A stretch of 64,000 bases of DNA, taken from assembly GCA_003141835.1 (NCBI GenBank), contig PLNR01000007.1, positions 3,639 to 67,638 on the forward strand. Direction: 5' to 3'. The notes under the pieces were generated by a model, which was not told the origin of the DNA, did not search any database, and worked only from the letters and a program-made list of their open reading frames with translations. Origin of the DNA: Candidatus Omnitrophota bacterium (GTDB lineage Bacteria > Omnitrophota > Gorgyraeia > Pluralincolimonadales > Pluralincolimonadaceae). This document shows, piece by piece, positions 54,793-64,000 of the stretch. A program made the translations under genes and the position numbers. Every line of letters begins with the position of its first letter. Within the stretch, counting starts at the first letter, position 1.

Positions 54793-56211
54793 ATGAAGAG
54801 AGTCCTGCTGGTCAATCCTCCCGAAAGCGGCATGGGAGAGCATTCTTCCGCCCCCGCAGGCCTTTTGTATATCGCGGGGGTATTGCAAAAACATGATATC
54901 CCGGTAAAGGTCGTCGACGGATTTTTAGAAGGATGGAAAGGCGTAGAGGAAACGATCAGGGATTACCGGCCCGATATCATAGGTATCACCTGCCATACTT
55001 ATGCCAGGGCCAGGGCGTTAAAGATCGCCAAACTGGCGAAAGATATCCTCCCCGAAGCAACGGTAGTTGTCGGCGGGGCGCATCCTACGGTAATGCCCAG
55101 GCAGATGCTCGAGAATTACCCCTTCATAGACATAGCGGCTATAGGAGAAGCGGATTATGTCCTGCGGGATGTATGCGAAAATAAAAGCTATTCGGCTATC
55201 CCCGGGATAGCGTACCGCGAGAACGGCAGCGTTGTCATAAATCCGAGGCGGGACGTTATCGCGGACCTGGACACCCTGCCGTTCCCGGCTTGGAACCTCC
55301 TCGACCTGAAACGCTACCCTCCGGACGGCCAAGGCGTCTACCGCGGCATAGACCTCGCTAAAGAGCCGCGCATCTCCGTGGTATTTTCAAGAGGATGCGT
55401 AGGCGACTGCAATTTTTGCTCCAACAGGCTGATGTGGAAAAGATGGAGGCACCGTTCCCCGGAAAACATGCTCGGGGAGTTGGAGCTTTTAAACAAGACC
55501 TTCGGCATAAAGCACATCCATTTCAATGACGACTGCTTTTCAGTGGATAAGAAAGCGGCTATAGGCTTGTGCCGCGGCATCGCGGACAGGAAATTGGATA
55601 TCGTCTTTGACATCGTTACGCGCACGGATTGTGTCGATGCCGAAATATTACAGGCGTTGAAAGACGCCGGATGCTATAGTATCAGTTACGGCGTGGAGAC
55701 GGCCTCTCCGATCCTGCTTAAGATCATGGGAAAACCGATAAATACAAAAAAACAGGAAGAGGCCATAAAATTAACAAATTCGTTCGGGATAAGGACCTTG
55801 GTCCTCCTCATTGCCGGCTGCGTCGGAGAGACGTGGGAGACGATCAACGAGACCGTGGATTCCATGGACCGGGCGCAGCCCTCGGCGGTCGGCATAGCTA
55901 ACGGACTGATGATATTCCCCGGCACAAAGGTCTACGAGATAGCCAAGAAGAACGGCGTGATCGATGACAGTTTTTGGCTGACAGATTATGCCTGGAAGAT
56001 GTATACTTTTGAAAACTCCCCTTTATGGCTGGATATCTTCAGCCGCGCGCTTGAGACGAGGCGGAGGTTGTCCCGGTCCCGGATCGTTAATTTGATCAGG
56101 AACCACAGGTTCGTCTCGCGCCGGATCGGGCGCAGGATAAAGGACCTTCTTATGGGATTCGGACTGGCGAAACAGGGAACGGCAGGCGGCAAATACAAGG
56201 TGGTCCGGTAG
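54793..56211 (+). CDS. B12-binding-domain radical SAM protein (class B)
   Basis: N-terminal cobalamin-binding-like Rossmann region, then a CVGDCNFC cluster motif. 472 aa. Confidence 0.75.
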   Translation: MKRVLLVNPPESGMGEHSSAPAGLLYIAGVLQKHDIPVKVVDGFLEGWKGVEETIRDYRPDIIGITCHTYARARALKIAKLAKDILPEATVVVGGAHPTVMPRQMLENYPFIDIAAIGEADYVLRDVCENKSYSAIPGIAYRENGSVVINPRRDVIADLDTLPFPAWNLLDLKRYPPDGQGVYRGIDLAKEPRISVVFSRGCVGDCNFCSNRLMWKRWRHRSPENMLGELELLNKTFGIKHIHFNDDCFSVDKKAAIGLCRGIADRKLDIVFDIVTRTDCVDAEILQALKDAGCYSISYGVETASPILLKIMGKPINTKKQEEAIKLTNSFGIRTLVLLIAGCVGETWETINETVDSMDRAQPSAVGIANGLMIFPGTKVYEIAKKNGVIDDSFWLTDYAWKMYTFENSPLWLDIFSRALETRRRLSRSRIVNLIRNHRFVSRRIGRRIKDLLMGFGLAKQGTAGGKYKVVR

Positions 56212-56243
56212 AAGCCGCCAATCGCTTACTAAACGGAGGATAC

Positions 56244-57233
56244 ATGAGATATATCAAGGTCGTGATGGTTTTCCTGGCGATAACGGTCCTGGCGGCAAAT
56301 ATCTCTTATGCCGCGGGCGCAAATAAAAAAATAAAAGTGGGCGTGAGCGTCGCCACGATGAAAGAGGCGGTATATTCTTTCATGAAAAAGGCGATGATGG
56401 ATAATAAGGACGAATATAACGCGGAGATCTACTGGGTCGCGGCAAATAACGACGAAATGGCCCAAGTCGCAAACGTCGAAGACCTCCTGGCCCAGGGCAT
56501 CGACGTCCTTATCCTGCACCCGGTAAATACGGTCGCGGCCGGAAGCCTCGTCGAAAAGGCGAGGAAGGAGAACGTCCCCGTCATCTCGATGGACAGGCTG
56601 CCGGTCAACGCCAACGTCAATTGCCACGTCACCGCCAACAGCTTCCTCGTCGGGCAGACGCAAGCCAAATACCTCGCTGAGAAACTTAACGGCAAGGGGA
56701 ACGTCGTCATCCTCGAAGGCGAGTCCGGAAACGATGTTGCGAAGGAGATAACGGCCGGCAATAAAGATATCCTGAAGAATTATCCAGGCATGAAGATAGT
56801 CGTGGACCAGACGCATAAATCGTGGTCGAGAGACCTGGCGATGGCCACCACAGAGAACGCGCTGACGAATTACAAGAATGACATCCAGGGCATAGCGGCC
56901 AATAACAGCGGCATGATAATGGGCGCGGTCCAGGCAATACTAGCAGAGGGACTGAAAGGCAAGATAATCACGGTCGGCTCTGACGCGGACAAGGACAGCT
57001 GCCAGGCGATAATCGACGGCACGAACAGCGCCGATGTCGATAAGGAGCCGTACCAGCTGGGCTTGATAAGTTTCGAGACTGCGGTCAAGATCGCCAGGGG
57101 CGAGAAAGTCGAAACGGACACGACGGTACAGAACGGGAAATATAAAGTGCCGGTGAAATTCACCCCGGTCCGCCTCATCACGAAAGAGAACGTCAAAGAT
57201 ATGAAGGACCGCTGGCCCGAACTGAAATTCTAA
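56244..57233 (+). CDS. sugar ABC transporter periplasmic substrate-binding protein (RbsB/PBP1 type)
   Basis: Signal peptide and a type-1 periplasmic binding fold pattern. Confidence 0.8.
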   Translation: MRYIKVVMVFLAITVLAANISYAAGANKKIKVGVSVATMKEAVYSFMKKAMMDNKDEYNAEIYWVAANNDEMAQVANVEDLLAQGIDVLILHPVNTVAAGSLVEKARKENVPVISMDRLPVNANVNCHVTANSFLVGQTQAKYLAEKLNGKGNVVILEGESGNDVAKEITAGNKDILKNYPGMKIVVDQTHKSWSRDLAMATTENALTNYKNDIQGIAANNSGMIMGAVQAILAEGLKGKIITVGSDADKDSCQAIIDGTNSADVDKEPYQLGLISFETAVKIARGEKVETDTTVQNGKYKVPVKFTPVRLITKENVKDMKDRWPELKF

Positions 57234-57234
57234 G

Positions 57235-58770
57235 GTGATCCCATTGGAAAACCCAGTTATTTTAGAGACTAAGAACATAACGAAAGATTTCCCCGGCGTC
57301 CGCGCCTTGGACAGCGTCTCTTTCCAGCTTAAAAAAGGCGAAGTCCTGGGATTGGTCGGCGAGAACGGCGCAGGGAAATCGACCCTGATGAAGATATTCA
57401 GCGGCGCCTATCCCGCCAATACTTACGACGGCGAGATCTCCATAGAGGGCAAGCGCTGCATCTTCAACAGCCCGAAAGATTCCCAAAAGGCCGGCATAGC
57501 CATCATCTACCAGGAATTGAACCTTATTCCCGAACTTACGGTCGCGGAAAATATATTTTTAGCCCGCGAACCCACGGTGGGAAAAACCGGCGTCATTGAC
57601 CGTAAAAAACTTTTCATCCAGACCAAAGACCTACTCGACCGGATAAATATCCCCATATCCTCCCAAGAGCAGATAAAAAATTTAAGCATCGGCAAACAGC
57701 AGATGGTCGAGATAGCCAAAGCCCTTTCTTACAACGCCAAGATCCTTATCCTCGACGAGCCTACGAGCGCCCTCACTGAACAGGAAGTCGAAGTCCTCTT
57801 AAAGATGATAGATTCGCTGCGCGCGCGCGGCGTAAGCATGATATACATTTCGCATAAGCTCGATGAGATCTTCAAGATCACCGACAGCGTGACCGTGATG
57901 CGCGACGGAAAGACAGTCTCCTCAAGGCGCACCCCGGAACTGGGCCGGCAGGAGATGGTCGCGCTCATGGTAGGCCGCAACATAGAAGATATGTATCCAA
58001 AGAAGGAGGCCGGGATAAGCGACGTGATCCTTGAGGTGAGGGGCCTGTTCGTGGACCATCCCTTTCTCGCCGGGGAAAAAGTGGTCAAAGATGTCAGTTT
58101 TAAAGTAAGGAGAGGGGAGATCGTCGGAATATCCGGCCTGATGGGGTCGGGCAGGTCGGAATTGGTCACCTCTATCTTCGGAGCTTTTCCCGCCCATTCT
58201 TCAGGAGAAATATATATTGGCGGCAAGCGCGTGAAAATAAGCTGCCCGCATGAGGCGATAAATTACGGCCTCGGGCTGGTGACCGAAGACCGCAAGTTAT
58301 TCGGCCTTGTGCTCGGCATGGAGGTGGGGGAGAATATCACGCTATCATGCCTGGAAAAATTAAGCTGGCACCAGATAATAATACGGCGCCGGGAGGGCGA
58401 ATTGGTAAACAAATATATGAGCGCGTTGAGGGTAAAGGCCCGCAGTTCGGAGACGGTAGTCAATACGTTGAGCGGCGGCAACCAGCAAAAAGTCGTCATC
58501 GCCAAATGGCTTGCCACGAACCCCAAAGTGCTTTTGCTGGACGAGCCGACGCGCGGCGTCGATGTCGCCGCGAAAGCCGAGATATACCAATTGATGACCA
58601 ATCTTGCCGGCGAAGGGATAGGCATAGTGATGGTCTCATCCGACCTTCCCGAAGTAGTGAGCATGAGCGACAGGATCCTGATAATGCACGAGGGCAGCAT
58701 GGTAAAGGAACTGCAAAAAAATGAAGCCACGCAGGAGAAGATAATGTTTTACGCGACGGGGGGCAAATGA
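57235..58770 (+). CDS. sugar ABC transporter ATP-binding protein (tandem ABC domains)
   Basis: Two Walker A motifs (GENGAGKST; GLMGSGRSE) and two LSGG-type signature motifs (LSIGKQQ, LSGGNQQK). Confidence 0.85.
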   Translation: MIPLENPVILETKNITKDFPGVRALDSVSFQLKKGEVLGLVGENGAGKSTLMKIFSGAYPANTYDGEISIEGKRCIFNSPKDSQKAGIAIIYQELNLIPELTVAENIFLAREPTVGKTGVIDRKKLFIQTKDLLDRINIPISSQEQIKNLSIGKQQMVEIAKALSYNAKILILDEPTSALTEQEVEVLLKMIDSLRARGVSMIYISHKLDEIFKITDSVTVMRDGKTVSSRRTPELGRQEMVALMVGRNIEDMYPKKEAGISDVILEVRGLFVDHPFLAGEKVVKDVSFKVRRGEIVGISGLMGSGRSELVTSIFGAFPAHSSGEIYIGGKRVKISCPHEAINYGLGLVTEDRKLFGLVLGMEVGENITLSCLEKLSWHQIIIRRREGELVNKYMSALRVKARSSETVVNTLSGGNQQKVVIAKWLATNPKVLLLDEPTRGVDVAAKAEIYQLMTNLAGEGIGIVMVSSDLPEVVSMSDRILIMHEGSMVKELQKNEATQEKIMFYATGGK

Positions 58771-59888
58771 AAAACCAGGGTAAAAGCAGCCTCGGCCGGA
58801 TGATCATCGGGAAATACGGGAACCTGATAGGCCTTGTCGTCCTGATAGCCCTGACGACGATATTGACGAACGGCATGTTCTTTACCCAGAGGAACCTTAT
58901 AAATGTCCTGCGCCAGGTATCGGTAAACGGCATACTCGCCGTCGGAATGACGCTGGTCATCATCACCGGCGGCATCGACCTCTCGGTCGGTTCCGTGGTA
59001 GCCCTGACCGGCATCATCGCGGCGCTGCTGCAGCCTCAAGGGACTGTCGCGGCGATCGCGCTTACCATGGTGGCAGGGGCGGTGATCGGCGGATGTAACG
59101 GCTTCTTCGTAACGAAATTCAGGATACCCTCATTTATAATCACCCTGGGCATGATGACGATCGCCAGGGGGCTTGCTTTGGTATTTTCAAAGGGAGAGGC
59201 GATATCGGGGCTCAATGACAACTTTTTAGCCATAAGCGAAAGTTATATCTCCCCGTTTATTTCCCTTACGGTTTTTGGTTTTATATGCTTTCTCGCCGTA
59301 TTCATCTATTTTAAAGAAAGAAAAAGCTCCGGATACGAAAGAAAATTAATCACCTTCAATTTTATCGGTGTGCTGAACATCCTGTTTATTGCGGCTGCCG
59401 CAGCGGTCCTGGTGTGGCTGATAGGATTCCGCGGGATGCCCGCCGGAGTGGCGGTGTTCTTGGGCATCGCATTCCTGGGCGCTTATACGCTTAACCAGAC
59501 GAGATTCGGCCGTTATGTATACGCTATCGGAGGCAACGAAGAGGCGTCGCGGCTCTCCGGCATAAATGTCAAAGCGGTCAAGCTCCTGGTCTTCCTCATC
59601 ATGGGCGTTTTGGCCGCGGTCTCAGGGATGGTCCTGGCCGCGCGGCTTAATTCCGGCGTGCCGACTTCCGGCGTGATGTTCGAGCTGGACGCTATCGCGT
59701 CGGTCGTCATAGGCGGGACCAGCCTTTCGGGCGGCTACGGCAGCGTCGGCGGCTCGATAATAGGAGCTTTCATAATCGGGACATTGAATAACGGGATGCA
59801 GTTATTGCACATAGATCCCTTTTACCAGGAGATAGCCAAAGGCGTCATAATCATCGGCGCGGTCTTGATGGACAGGAAGAAAAAATAA
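58767..59888 (+). CDS. sugar ABC transporter permease
   Basis: 373-aa polytopic ORF with ATGA overlap onto the ATPase gene. RbsC/XylH-like. Confidence 0.8.
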   Translation: MKNQGKSSLGRMIIGKYGNLIGLVVLIALTTILTNGMFFTQRNLINVLRQVSVNGILAVGMTLVIITGGIDLSVGSVVALTGIIAALLQPQGTVAAIALTMVAGAVIGGCNGFFVTKFRIPSFIITLGMMTIARGLALVFSKGEAISGLNDNFLAISESYISPFISLTVFGFICFLAVFIYFKERKSSGYERKLITFNFIGVLNILFIAAAAAVLVWLIGFRGMPAGVAVFLGIAFLGAYTLNQTRFGRYVYAIGGNEEASRLSGINVKAVKLLVFLIMGVLAAVSGMVLAARLNSGVPTSGVMFELDAIASVVIGGTSLSGGYGSVGGSIIGAFIIGTLNNGMQLLHIDPFYQEIAKGVIIIGAVLMDRKKK

Positions 59889-60020
59889 CCAAAGATTAAG
59901 CCGTGAACCTTCCGCCTCGCGCGGCAGAGCGGGAGAAGCCGCCGTTAAGAAAAACATATATAATTCTACAAAGGGCCGGATCTAACCCTCCGCCCCTTTT
60001 TGTTAAATGCCATAAAAAAC

Positions 60021-60049
60021 TGGATATAGTGGGAAAAATAAGGTATAAT
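60021..60049 (+). promoter_or_regulatory. possible promoter (TGGATA-N17-TATAAT) for ZIP transporter gene
   Basis: Read directly from the sequence. It lies 28 nt upstream of the ATG. Confidence 0.3.
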
Positions 60050-60077
60050 CTGTGCTCTTCTAGCCAAAGGTGAGCCT

Positions 60078-60821
60078 ATGGGAATTTTACCCAACATACT
60101 AATAAGTGTCCTTATCGTAAGCTCAATATCGCTTATCGGTATAGTCACTGTTTTATTTAGGATCAAATCGATGGACAAGCTGTTTTTCGTGCTTGTCAGT
60201 TTTGCGGTCGGCGCGCTGCTCGGAGCGGCGTTCCTGGACCTTCTGCCCGAATCTATAAAGGCAGGCGAACCGTTCTGGGTGTTCGTCTGCGTTCTGGTAG
60301 GGATACTCTTTTTCCTGTTGATGGAAAGTTTTTTGTACTGGTACCATTGCCATGACCGCGAATGCAAGGTACATGAGTTTAATTACCTGTGTTTAATGGG
60401 CGCTTCTATACATAATTTTTTCGACGGCGTCATAATCGCTGCGACTTACATGAGCGGGGCGTCGATCGGTTTCATAGCTACTATCGCGATAATATTCCAT
60501 GAGATACCCCGCGAGCTGGGGGATTATGGCATCCTGGTTTTCGGCGGTTTCAGCAAAAGGAAGGCGCTCTTCTATAATTTTTTAACGGCGATCACCGCTT
60601 TTGCCGGGGCGCTATGCGCGTATTTTTTCCTCGATAAGTTCAGGACGTACATACCTTATCTGGTGAGCATCGCGGCAGGGGGATTTATTTATATTTCACT
60701 TACGGACTTGATACCGGAGTTGGGTAAGAAGAAGATGCTTTCAAGGTCCATCGCCCAATTTGCGTTGATATCGCTTGGCATAGGGGTGATCCTGGCTGGT
60801 AAGATATTCTTCAAAGAATAG
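60078..60821 (+). CDS. ZIP-family divalent metal (zinc) transporter, ZupT-like
   Basis: 8-TM ORF with a [13 protein letters not shown] motif. Confidence 0.8.
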   Translation: MGILPNILISVLIVSSISLIGIVTVLFRIKSMDKLFFVLVSFAVGALLGAAFLDLLPESIKAGEPFWVFVCVLVGILFFLLMESFLYWYHCHDRECKVHEFNYLCLMGASIHNFFDGVIIAATYMSGASIGFIATIAIIFHEIPRELGDYGILVFGGFSKRKALFYNFLTAITAFAGALCAYFFLDKFRTYIPYLVSIAAGGFIYISLTDLIPELGKKKMLSRSIAQFALISLGIGVILAGKIFFKE

Positions 60822-60848
60822 CCCGCCTTAAACCACAATAAGAAAAAT

Positions 60849-62675
60849 ATGATAAAACAAGAGAAGATACGGAACATAGCCATCATTGCGCACGTCGACC
60901 ACGGCAAGACCACGCTCGTCGACGCAATATTGAGGCAGACGCATGTCCACCGCAACATCGAGGAGATGGGCGAGTGCATCATGGACTCGATGGACCTCGA
61001 GCGCGAGCGCGGCATAACCATACGTGCCAAGAACGTGAGCGTCAACTACAAGGGCATAAAGATAAACGTCGTCGACACGCCGGGCCACGCGGATTTCGGA
61101 GGCGAGGTCGAGAGGATAATGCGCATGGTCGATGGCGTACTGCTTTTGGTCGACGCGAAGGACGGCCCTATGCCGCAGACGCGTTTCGTCCTGCGCAAGG
61201 CGCTCGAACTCGGGCTCAAGGCGATAGTCGTCATCAATAAGATAGACGTGGCCGACGCGCAGGTCGATGAAGTCGTGAACAGGACGTTCGACCTTTTCGT
61301 GGAGCTCAACGCCAGCGATAAACAGCTGGATTTCCCCATAATCTACGCTTCCGCGTTAAAAGGCACGGCGACGGTGGATATGAGGCTTCCCTCGGATAAT
61401 ATACTCCCGCTGCTTGACGCGATAATAAAGCACGTGGAACCTCCGACCGTAGATCCGCAGGCGCCTTTGCAGATACTGATCCTTGCGCTGCTGGGAGATT
61501 ACTATAAGGGAAAGATGGGGATCGGAAAGATAACCGGCGGTTCACTGAAAGTCGGCGACAACGCCCTCCTCGCAAAGAAAGACGGGACGAAAGAGATTTC
61601 TAAGATCGCGGCCATCCTTACATACGAGGGCCTGGAGCGCACCGAACGCGAGAGCGCCGTCGCCGGAGAGATAGTGGCGGTCGCTGGTTTTGATGATATC
61701 GGGATAGGCGATACAGTGACCGACCCGGTCAACCCGACACCGCTTACGCCGCCGGAAATAGATGAACCGACGGTCCAGATGACATTCGGAGTGAACAAAA
61801 GCCCGTTCGCGGGCCGCGAAGGCAAATATGTCACGTCGCGCAACATCCGCGACAGGCTTTTTAAGGAGACCGAAACGAACGTCTCGCTGCGTATTAACGA
61901 GACCGAGGCCGCGGATACTTTCCTGGTGTCGGGCCGCGGCGAATTGCACCTGGCCATTTTAGTCGAGCAGATGCGCCGCGAGGGTTTCGAACTCCAGGTA
62001 TCGCAGCCCGAGGTCATTTACCACGAAAAAAACGGCGTAAGGCAGGAACCTTTCGAATTTTTAACGATAGAGATCCCGGCGGAATACCAGGGTTCGGTCA
62101 TAGAAGAGGTCGGCCGCAGGAAAGGGAAGCTGAAGCACGTCTCCCAGAGCGCGACCGGTTCGCTCCATCTCGAATACCAGATATCGACGCGCGGCATAAT
62201 CGGACTCAAAGGCGCGCTGATGACCAAGACGCGCGGAATGGCCGTAATAAACCACGTCTTCGACGAATATAAACCCGTGGAAGAGGGCGCGTTCAATACC
62301 GGCTCGCGCGGCTCGCTGGTCGCTATCGAACCGGGCACGTCCACGGCATATGCCCTGGAGAACGCGCAGCAGCGCGGAGAATTATTCATCGGGCCCAATG
62401 TCGAGGTATATGAGGGGATGATAGTTGGCGAGAACCCGCGCGGAGAGGACATGCCGCTCAGCCCCTGCAAAATGAAGAAGCTTACAAACATGAGGTCTTC
62501 CACCTCCGATATCGCGGTAGTGCTTACGCCGCCGAGGGAATTGTCCCTTGAGCTGTCTATAGAGTATATCGGGCCAGATGAACTTGTTGAAGTCACGCCG
62601 AAAAGCATACGCCTGCGCAAGAAGATACTGGATACGCTGGCCAGGAAACGCGCCGGCAGGGATAACAAGGAGTAA
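60849..62675 (+). CDS. typA: translational GTPase TypA/BipA
   Basis: 608-aa ORF with GTPase motifs ([18 protein letters not shown]) and a BipA C-terminal region. Confidence 0.9.
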   Translation: MIKQEKIRNIAIIAHVDHGKTTLVDAILRQTHVHRNIEEMGECIMDSMDLERERGITIRAKNVSVNYKGIKINVVDTPGHADFGGEVERIMRMVDGVLLLVDAKDGPMPQTRFVLRKALELGLKAIVVINKIDVADAQVDEVVNRTFDLFVELNASDKQLDFPIIYASALKGTATVDMRLPSDNILPLLDAIIKHVEPPTVDPQAPLQILILALLGDYYKGKMGIGKITGGSLKVGDNALLAKKDGTKEISKIAAILTYEGLERTERESAVAGEIVAVAGFDDIGIGDTVTDPVNPTPLTPPEIDEPTVQMTFGVNKSPFAGREGKYVTSRNIRDRLFKETETNVSLRINETEAADTFLVSGRGELHLAILVEQMRREGFELQVSQPEVIYHEKNGVRQEPFEFLTIEIPAEYQGSVIEEVGRRKGKLKHVSQSATGSLHLEYQISTRGIIGLKGALMTKTRGMAVINHVFDEYKPVEEGAFNTGSRGSLVAIEPGTSTAYALENAQQRGELFIGPNVEVYEGMIVGENPRGEDMPLSPCKMKKLTNMRSSTSDIAVVLTPPRELSLELSIEYIGPDELVEVTPKSIRLRKKILDTLARKRAGRDNKE

Positions 62676-62679
62676 GGAG

Positions 62680-63177
62680 ATGGCCGCGAGTTTTTCTTTC
62701 GATATCGTCTCGGAGATCGACCTGCAGGAGGTCGATAACGCCGTAAACCAGGCAAAGAAGGAACTCTCCCAGAGGTTCGATTTCAGGGGCAGCAAGTCCT
62801 CCATAGATTATAACCGCGAAGAGAAGAAGATAACCCTTATCGCGGACGACGACTTTAAACTGCGCTCCCTCCAGGATATACTTAACGGCAGGATGATAAA
62901 ACGCAATATCTCGATCAAGGCCCTTACGTATAAGGAGCCGGAGAAGGCGTTCGAGGGGACGTTCCGCCAGGTGATCGAGCTTGTGAGCGGGCTGGAGCGC
63001 GAGAAACAGAAGGAACTTGTGAAAATAATCAGGGACATCAGCCCCAAGATACAGACCCAGGTAGAAGGCGAAAAGATAAAGGTCTCTTCCCCGAAAAAGG
63101 ATGACCTCCAGACCGTGATAAATCACCTGCGGAGCATAGAATTCCCCGTCGCACTGCAATTTACTAATTACAGGTAG
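62680..63177 (+). CDS. yajQ: YajQ-family (UPF0234) nucleotide/c-di-GMP-binding protein
   Basis: Start at the internal ATG 62680, preceded by AAGGAG. The track's upstream extension overlaps the typA end. Confidence 0.8.
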   Translation: MAASFSFDIVSEIDLQEVDNAVNQAKKELSQRFDFRGSKSSIDYNREEKKITLIADDDFKLRSLQDILNGRMIKRNISIKALTYKEPEKAFEGTFRQVIELVSGLEREKQKELVKIIRDISPKIQTQVEGEKIKVSSPKKDDLQTVINHLRSIEFPVALQFTNYR

Positions 63178-63197
63178 TATGATATAATTTTTTCGAC

Positions 63198-63274
63198 GCG
63201 CCCGTAGCTCAACTGGATAGAGCGTTGGTCTACGGAACCAAAGGTTGGGCGTTCGATCCGCCCCGGGCGCGCCA
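63198..63274 (+). tRNA. tRNA-Arg (anticodon ACG)
   Basis: Acceptor GCGCCCG/CGGGCGC, anticodon loop CTACGGA, T-arm GTTCGATCC, 3' GCCA. Confidence 0.85.
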
Positions 63275-63287
63275 TCCTTATTTAAAA

Positions 63288-63755
63288 ATGAGCAAGATAG
63301 ACGAAATATACATGTCCGAAGCCCTCAAGCAGGCCTACGAGGCGTTCGAGGCCGACGAAGTGCCTGTCGGCGCCGTCATAGTCCACGAGGGCCGGATAAT
63401 CGCGCGCGCCCATAACCAGATAGAGATGCTTAAGGATCCCACCGCGCACGCCGAGATGATAGCCATCACGCAGGCGGCCGCGTACCTTAAAAGCGAGCGA
63501 TTGCCCGGCTGTTCCATATATGCTACAATTGAACCGTGTTCGATGTGCGCCGGGGCTCTCGTCCTCGCCCGCGTAAAACATATATATTACGGCGCGAAGG
63601 ACCCGAAGACCGGGGCATGCGGCTCGGTATTCGACATCGCGAACAGCAAGAAACTGAACCACAGGATAAAGGTCACCGGCGGGGTCTTGGCCGATGACTG
63701 CGGGTCGCTTATATCAGAGTTTTTTAAGAAGCAAAGGAAAAAAGGGAAGAAGTAG
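63288..63755 (+). CDS. tadA: tRNA-specific adenosine-34 deaminase
   Basis: Start at the internal ATG 63288. The track's extension overlaps tRNA-Arg. CDA-fold zinc motifs are present (HAEMIAI, PCSMCAGAL). Confidence 0.85.
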   Translation: MSKIDEIYMSEALKQAYEAFEADEVPVGAVIVHEGRIIARAHNQIEMLKDPTAHAEMIAITQAAAYLKSERLPGCSIYATIEPCSMCAGALVLARVKHIYYGAKDPKTGACGSVFDIANSKKLNHRIKVTGGVLADDCGSLISEFFKKQRKKGKK

Positions 63756-63815
63756 CTTGCGGTCCCGCAGAATATATCCGCGGGATCCGCTGCGCTTCTT
63801 CCAAATAGAGTTTGC

Positions 63816-63907
63816 GGAGAGGTGGCTGAGTGGCCGAAAGCAGTCGCCTGCTAAGCGATTGACCCGCGAAAGCGGGTCCCTGGGTTCGAATCCCAGCCTC
63901 TCCGCCA
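63816..63907 (+). tRNA. tRNA-Ser (anticodon GCU), long variable arm
   Basis: Acceptor GGAGAGG/CCTCTCC, anticodon loop CTGCTAA, T-arm GTTCGAATC, 3' GCCA. Confidence 0.85.
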
Positions 63908-63925
63908 GTGTTTTTTAGGAGTTGA

Positions 63926-64000
63926 ATGATGCAAAACTACGGATTCTGCAATACCTGCAAAGAGATAGTCCCCGCGACGCATCTCGAGAAAGACGGCAAA
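63926..64000 (+). CDS. 5' end of an unidentified CDS (runs off window)
   Basis: AGGAG RBS, then ATGATG. The frame is open to the window edge (MMQNYGFCNTCKEIVPATHLEKDGK), with a CxxC at the N-terminus. Confidence 0.3.
   Translation, partial: MMQNYGFCNTCKEIVPATHLEKDGK

Noticed and set aside
60849-63177. typA and yajQ as accessory or novel genes
   Set aside because: These are ordinary conserved housekeeping genes in a canonical arrangement. Nothing unusual was seen beyond the tight RBS coupling.

Overview
This 64-kb window comes from a Gram-negative-type bacterium. The lineage cannot be assigned from sequence alone. Core genes run about 57-60% GC; LpxB, MsbA, classical autotransporters and a PEP-CTERM protein indicate the Gram-negative envelope.

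Layout:
- 1-13.7 kb: one tightly packed, mostly overlapping plus-strand operon. It carries purB (3' end), purC, a purS-purS-purL fusion, purQ, purF, purM, purD and purE, then tsaC(yrdC), a low-molecular-weight protein-tyrosine phosphatase (LMW-PTP), rpiB, glyA, a dCMP deaminase, nrdR and an orphan AmmeMemoRadiSam-type radical SAM gene.
- 13.9-24 kb: gdhA; an 857-aa protein with a KaiC-like pseudo-ATPase domain fused to a PEP-synthase-like ATP-grasp domain; a LarA-family racemase; a 926-aa FAD/Fe-S D-lactate-dehydrogenase-like oxidase; and convergent lpxB plus a Gfo/Idh/MocA oxidoreductase.
- 24-29.5 kb: a 1170-aa autotransporter built from passenger-associated (PATR-type) repeats, followed 3 nt later by msbA.
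- 29.6-33.7 kb: rpsB-tsf-pyrH-frr, tRNA-Lys and serS.
- 33.7-36 kb: an HExxH membrane protein, tRNA-Ser(UGA), a beta-lactamase-fold lipoprotein and tRNA-Ser(CGA).
- 36-52.6 kb: a markedly lower-GC (about 40-52%) accessory stretch. It contains a DUF134/methyltransferase/NifX-like/ferredoxin cluster ending in a 17-nt repeat of the tRNA-Ser(CGA) 3' end. It also contains a TMTC-like TPR glycosyltransferase, a DUF1266-TPR protein, a secreted esterase, an NHL propeller protein, a TLC-family ATP/ADP-translocase-like transporter, a second 1.37-kaa paralogous autotransporter, a PEP-CTERM protein, a membrane GGDEF-PilZ protein and an ACR3 arsenite pump.
- 52.6-64 kb: an unknown 674-aa exported protein, tRNA-Ser(GGA), a B12-binding radical SAM protein, a sugar ABC transporter, a ZIP transporter, typA/bipA, yajQ, tRNA-Arg(ACG) directly upstream of tadA, and tRNA-Ser(GCU).

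All four tRNA-Ser isoacceptor types are present. Several related intergenic motifs and duplicated promoter elements recur in the accessory region.

No CRISPR array, rRNA gene or intact transposase/integrase is visible. Every call rests on reading the supplied ORF translations and sequence by eye; no database search or computation was run.
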